A stretch of DNA of 42,634 nucleotides from Candidatus Peribacteraceae bacterium (GTDB taxonomy: Bacteria > Patescibacteriota > Gracilibacteria > Peribacterales > Peribacteraceae), in NCBI GenBank assembly GCA_018062585.1, contig JAGORY010000002.1:1-42634 (forward strand), written 5' to 3'. Under the pieces are notes generated by a model. It saw nothing but the letters and a program-made list of their open reading frames with translations, had not been told where the DNA came from and did no database searches. Shown piece after piece: positions 40,026 through 42,634 of the stretch. Positions within the stretch are counted from its first letter, which is position 1. Each line of letters starts with the position of its first letter. Made by a program: the position numbers and the translations under genes.

Positions 40026-40784
40026 ATGATCGACAGTCACTGCCATCTCACGGCTCCGGAGTTTTCCGCTGATGTTTCCGATGTCATTGCTCGCGCAAAA
40101 GCTGGCGGTGTTTCGACGCTTGTCACGATCTCCGATGAGATGTCCGATCTTCCGAAATGCCGTGCACTCGCCGAGAAGCATGACAACATCTACTTCACCG
40201 TCGGAACTCATCCGCATCACGCCAAAGATTTCGATATCGCGCGTGATATCGCTCTCCTGCGTGAAGCGGCGAAGCATCCGAAGTGCAAAGGCATAGGCGA
40301 GATAGGATTGGATTATCACTACATGAATAGCCCAAAAGATATTCAGCAAAGAGTTTTCGAATCGCAGCTTCAGCTCGCCAGAGAACTAAGTCTCCCCGCC
40401 GTGGTGCATTGCCGTGAAGCGGTCGAAGACGTGTGGACGATCGTGAACCATGTGAAGCCCGAAAAGCTCGTCATCCATTGTTGCACCGAGAAATGGCAGG
40501 ACGTGGAACGGTTCGTGAAGGCGGGGTACTTGCTGTCGTTTACCGGCATCGTCACGTATCCGAAAGCGAGCGACATCCGCGAGACTGTGAAGCAGTGTCC
40601 GCTCGATCGCATGATGGTGGAGACTGATGCGCCGTTTCTCTCGCCCGTACCCTATAGGGGCAAGCGGAATGAACCTGCGTATGTTATTGAGGTAGCGAAA
40701 ACGATTGCCCAGATCAAAGGGCTTACTCTCGATGATGTTAATCGAGGGACGACTCAGGTTGCTCGAGATTTCTTTCAGTGGTAG
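40026..40784 (+). CDS. tatD: TatD family metal-dependent hydrolase/DNase
   Basis: MIDSHCHL start, GEIGLDYHY, VVHCREA and ETDAPFLSPVPYRGKRNEP motifs. Confidence 0.9.
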   Translation: MIDSHCHLTAPEFSADVSDVIARAKAGGVSTLVTISDEMSDLPKCRALAEKHDNIYFTVGTHPHHAKDFDIARDIALLREAAKHPKCKGIGEIGLDYHYMNSPKDIQQRVFESQLQLARELSLPAVVHCREAVEDVWTIVNHVKPEKLVIHCCTEKWQDVERFVKAGYLLSFTGIVTYPKASDIRETVKQCPLDRMMVETDAPFLSPVPYRGKRNEPAYVIEVAKTIAQIKGLTLDDVNRGTTQVARDFFQW

Positions 40785-41139
40785 ATATTGTATTCCTAAA
40801 TAAATGATATCTTATAAATAATCTTACCATTGACGGAATTAGTTTCTCATATTGTCCTGTGGTTAGATTTGTATGCGAACCGATGCGTATGTCTTCTGGA
40901 TCACTATCATTGAGACTTAACGTTGCGATTACACTATTGTTTTCATGCGCGAGTATTCGAAAGGGACATGAAATATTAGGATCAAACAAAAGGACAAAAG
41001 ACACTTTCTCCCTTGTGACTATATTATGTTGTTCAGGCTGGTAATTTACCGGAGGAGTCATATCATGCTGACTCCATCGAACTGGATCAAGATCGAGCAT
41101 CAATTCTTGAAGTTCTGGGAAGCTAGTTCTAATTTCCAT
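40738..41139 (-). CDS. Hypothetical ORFan in an AT-rich spacer
   Basis: 133-aa ORF with no recognisable family. Its 3-prime 47 nt overlap the tatD 3-prime end. Coding status uncertain. Confidence 0.3.
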   Translation of the reverse strand: MEIRTSFPELQELMLDLDPVRWSQHDMTPPVNYQPEQHNIVTREKVSFVLLFDPNISCPFRILAHENNSVIATLSLNDSDPEDIRIGSHTNLTTGQYEKLIPSMVRLFIRYHLFRNTISTTERNLEQPESSLD

Positions 41140-41230
41140 ACACCATATTTAGTTCGCTTTGTCTGAATTTTTCAAGTAAATGATTATTGGTAACGTCAAA
41201 CACGGTACAATGCTGCGGTAATTTTACCGT

Positions 41231-41306
41231 GCGCCCGTAGCTCAATGGATAGAGTGTCTCCCTCCGAAGGAGAAGGTTGTGGGTTCGACCCCCGCCGGGC
41301 GCACCA
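41231..41306 (+). tRNA. tRNA-Arg (anticodon CCG)
   Basis: GCGCCCGTAGCTCAATGGATAGAGTGTCTCCCTCCGAAGGAGAAGGTTGTGGGTTCGACCCCCGCCGGGCGCACCA. Acceptor GCGCCCG/CGGGCGC, anticodon stem TCTCC/GGAGA with loop CTCCGAA, encoded CCA. Confidence 0.92.
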
Positions 41307-41317
41307 TCTCCTATCCT

Positions 41318-42031
41318 ATGCCATCCGTTTCTTCATCAGCTTTCGAAGATCTTCGTGCACACGCGAACCCTACGAAGGCCGCATTTTTCCCTCGTTTCTT
41401 CAAAGCCGGAAAAGGCGAGTACGCCGAGGGCGACGTGTTTCTGGGAGTATCGGTTCCGGAGATCAGGCTGATCGCTCAAAAACACAAAGCTCTGTCACTG
41501 ACTGAGATCAAGGCATTGCTTGCGGACAAGCATCACGAGGCGCGGCTTCTGGCACTCATCATTCTCACGAAGCAGTACGCGAAAGGGAATGAACGGACGA
41601 AAGCGGCGATCGTGAAATTCTATCTCTCGCAGTTTCAGAGGATCAATAACTGGGACCTCGTCGACACTAGCGCCTCTCAGATTTTGGGCGCGCATCTTCT
41701 TTCTCGAAATCGCGACATGCTTGTGACCTTCGCGAAGAGCAGGCATCTTTGGACACAGCGCATCGCCATCATCACTACCCACGCGTTTATCAGAGCTGGA
41801 GAATATAGAGACACGCTCCGGATTTCCGAGATATTCCTGACCCACAAGCACGATCTTATACACAAAGCTGCGGGCTGGATGCTGCGCGAAGTCGGCAAGC
41901 GCGATATCGATGTTCTACGATCTTTTCTCGACCGCCATGCTCCCGTCATGCCTCGGACGATGCTTCGTTATGCCATCGAAAAAATGGCCACCGCGGAACG
42001 TCGAAAGTATATGGATGCCCGCACGTCCTGA
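41318..42031 (+). CDS. DNA alkylation repair protein (AlkD-like HEAT-repeat family)
   Basis: FFPRFFKAGKGEYAEGDVFLGVSVPEIR, HHEARLLALIIL, NNWDLVD and IHKAAGWMLRE, the pattern of the DNA alkylation repair enzyme family. ATG lies 12 nt after the tRNA-Arg. Confidence 0.8.
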   Translation: MPSVSSSAFEDLRAHANPTKAAFFPRFFKAGKGEYAEGDVFLGVSVPEIRLIAQKHKALSLTEIKALLADKHHEARLLALIILTKQYAKGNERTKAAIVKFYLSQFQRINNWDLVDTSASQILGAHLLSRNRDMLVTFAKSRHLWTQRIAIITTHAFIRAGEYRDTLRISEIFLTHKHDLIHKAAGWMLREVGKRDIDVLRSFLDRHAPVMPRTMLRYAIEKMATAERRKYMDARTS

Positions 42032-42099
42032 TTTTTTGCCTTCGGACTACCCAAGTCGGCTGTTTTTCCCTATGCTGCCGCCTCACAACCTCACTTTTT

Positions 42100-42634
42100 A
42101 TGGATCACGGCGACGTCCTCCTCCGGTTTGATAAGGTCAGCTTCAGCTATGACCACAAAAAACCGATCCTCAATGAGGCCAGTTTCTCGGTACGCGAGAA
42201 CGCCAAGCTCACAATCGTCGGTCAGAACGGCGCTGGAAAAAGTACCATCTTCAAGCTCATTACTGGTGATCTGAAACCGCAAGGAGGGCAGATTCACATC
42301 AAGAAAGGAGCGACGATCGGTATAGCTCGGCAGGTGATTCATGCGTCTGAGCTCGATAAAACGGTCGAAGAATTTTTTGCTGGTGCGTTCACCGACAAGA
42401 AGTACGATCTCGAGCGCGACATCAAGCGCGTCCTTGAGATCGTGCACTTCACGGTGAAGCACGATAAGAAACTCAAGGATCTTTCCGGCGGTCAGAAGGC
42501 CCGCTTGCTTCTGGCGTACGCCATCATTCAGGAGCCGGACATTCTGCTTCTCGATGAGCCGACGAATAACCTCGATACGCAGGGCATCGATCATCTCACC
42601 GGATTTCTCATCGGTTACGAGAAGACGTGCATCG
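42100..42634 (+). CDS. ABC-F type ATP-binding cassette protein (5-prime partial, runs off the window)
   Basis: My translation from ATG 42100: MDHGDVLLRFDKVSFSYD...TIVGQNGAGKST (Walker A)...LSGGQKARLLLA (signature)...ILLLDEPTNNLD (Walker B). No stop before the window end, which is why it is absent from the ORF track. Confidence 0.85.
   Translation, partial: MDHGDVLLRFDKVSFSYDHKKPILNEASFSVRENAKLTIVGQNGAGKSTIFKLITGDLKPQGGQIHIKKGATIGIARQVIHASELDKTVEEFFAGAFTDKKYDLERDIKRVLEIVHFTVKHDKKLKDLSGGQKARLLLAYAIIQEPDILLLDEPTNNLDTQGIDHLTGFLIGYEKTCI

Noticed and set aside
42091-42594. 167-aa minus-strand ORF at the right edge
   Set aside because: The plus strand here encodes an ABC-F ATPase with Walker A, signature and Walker B motifs in order. 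The minus ORF is its antisense shadow.
1-42634. Alternative genetic code (UGA recoded, as in some candidate phyla)
   Set aside because: Conserved proteins (trpS, rplA, rplK, ruvB, clpC, tatD) terminate at their expected lengths using TGA, TAA and TAG, and no conserved gene is interrupted by in-frame TGA. The standard bacterial code fits.

Overview
This is a gene-dense 42.6-kb bacterial chromosomal segment with about 50 CDS and 4 tRNA genes, all with encoded CCA. I saw no rRNA, CRISPR array, transposase or integrase. All calls rest on reading the ORF translations for family motifs and reading the DNA by eye; no database search was possible.

Recognisable housekeeping genes:
- trpS, rpsA, rplK, rplA, ruvB, dusB, yidD and an RluA-type pseudouridine synthase
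- a ClpC-type AAA+ chaperone preceded by a near-consensus CIRCE operator
- transketolase, ADP-forming acetyl-CoA synthetase, TatD, a HIT protein, an AlkD-like repair protein and a partial ABC-F ATPase

Accessory content:
- A surface-glycan modification cluster: polysaccharide deacetylase, several glycosyltransferases, a methyltransferase, a YdjC-type deacetylase and GT39-like and GT4 enzymes.
- A GpgS-like glycosyltransferase fused to a HAD phosphatase.
- Two diverged HEPN/MNT (HI0074-type) toxin-antitoxin pairs.
- A GIY-YIG nuclease.
- Scattered type IV secretion-like pieces: a VirB2-like pilin, a PrgI/VirB3-like protein and a VirB4 N-domain with no ATPase.

The compact genes, fermentative ATP generation, heavy glycosyltransferase content and PrgI/VirB2-type genes suggest a small-genome uncultivated lineage such as Patescibacteria/CPR. 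That is inference only.

Most unusual signals:
1. A dispersed family of 7-nt tandem repeat arrays, (GGGTAGC)n / (GCTACCC)n, at five loci. Two of these lie in-frame inside a GT4 gene. A second heptad family, (AAGTNNN)8, forms long imperfect palindromes flanking rplK and rplA.
2. A broken L11-L1 operon. A membrane protein gene sits between rplK and rplA, an unknown 200-aa ORF is translationally coupled to rplA, and nusG, rplJ and rplL are not at their usual flanks.
3. An AT-rich islet next to tRNA-Gly, bounded by an 11-nt direct repeat of the tRNA 3-prime end.
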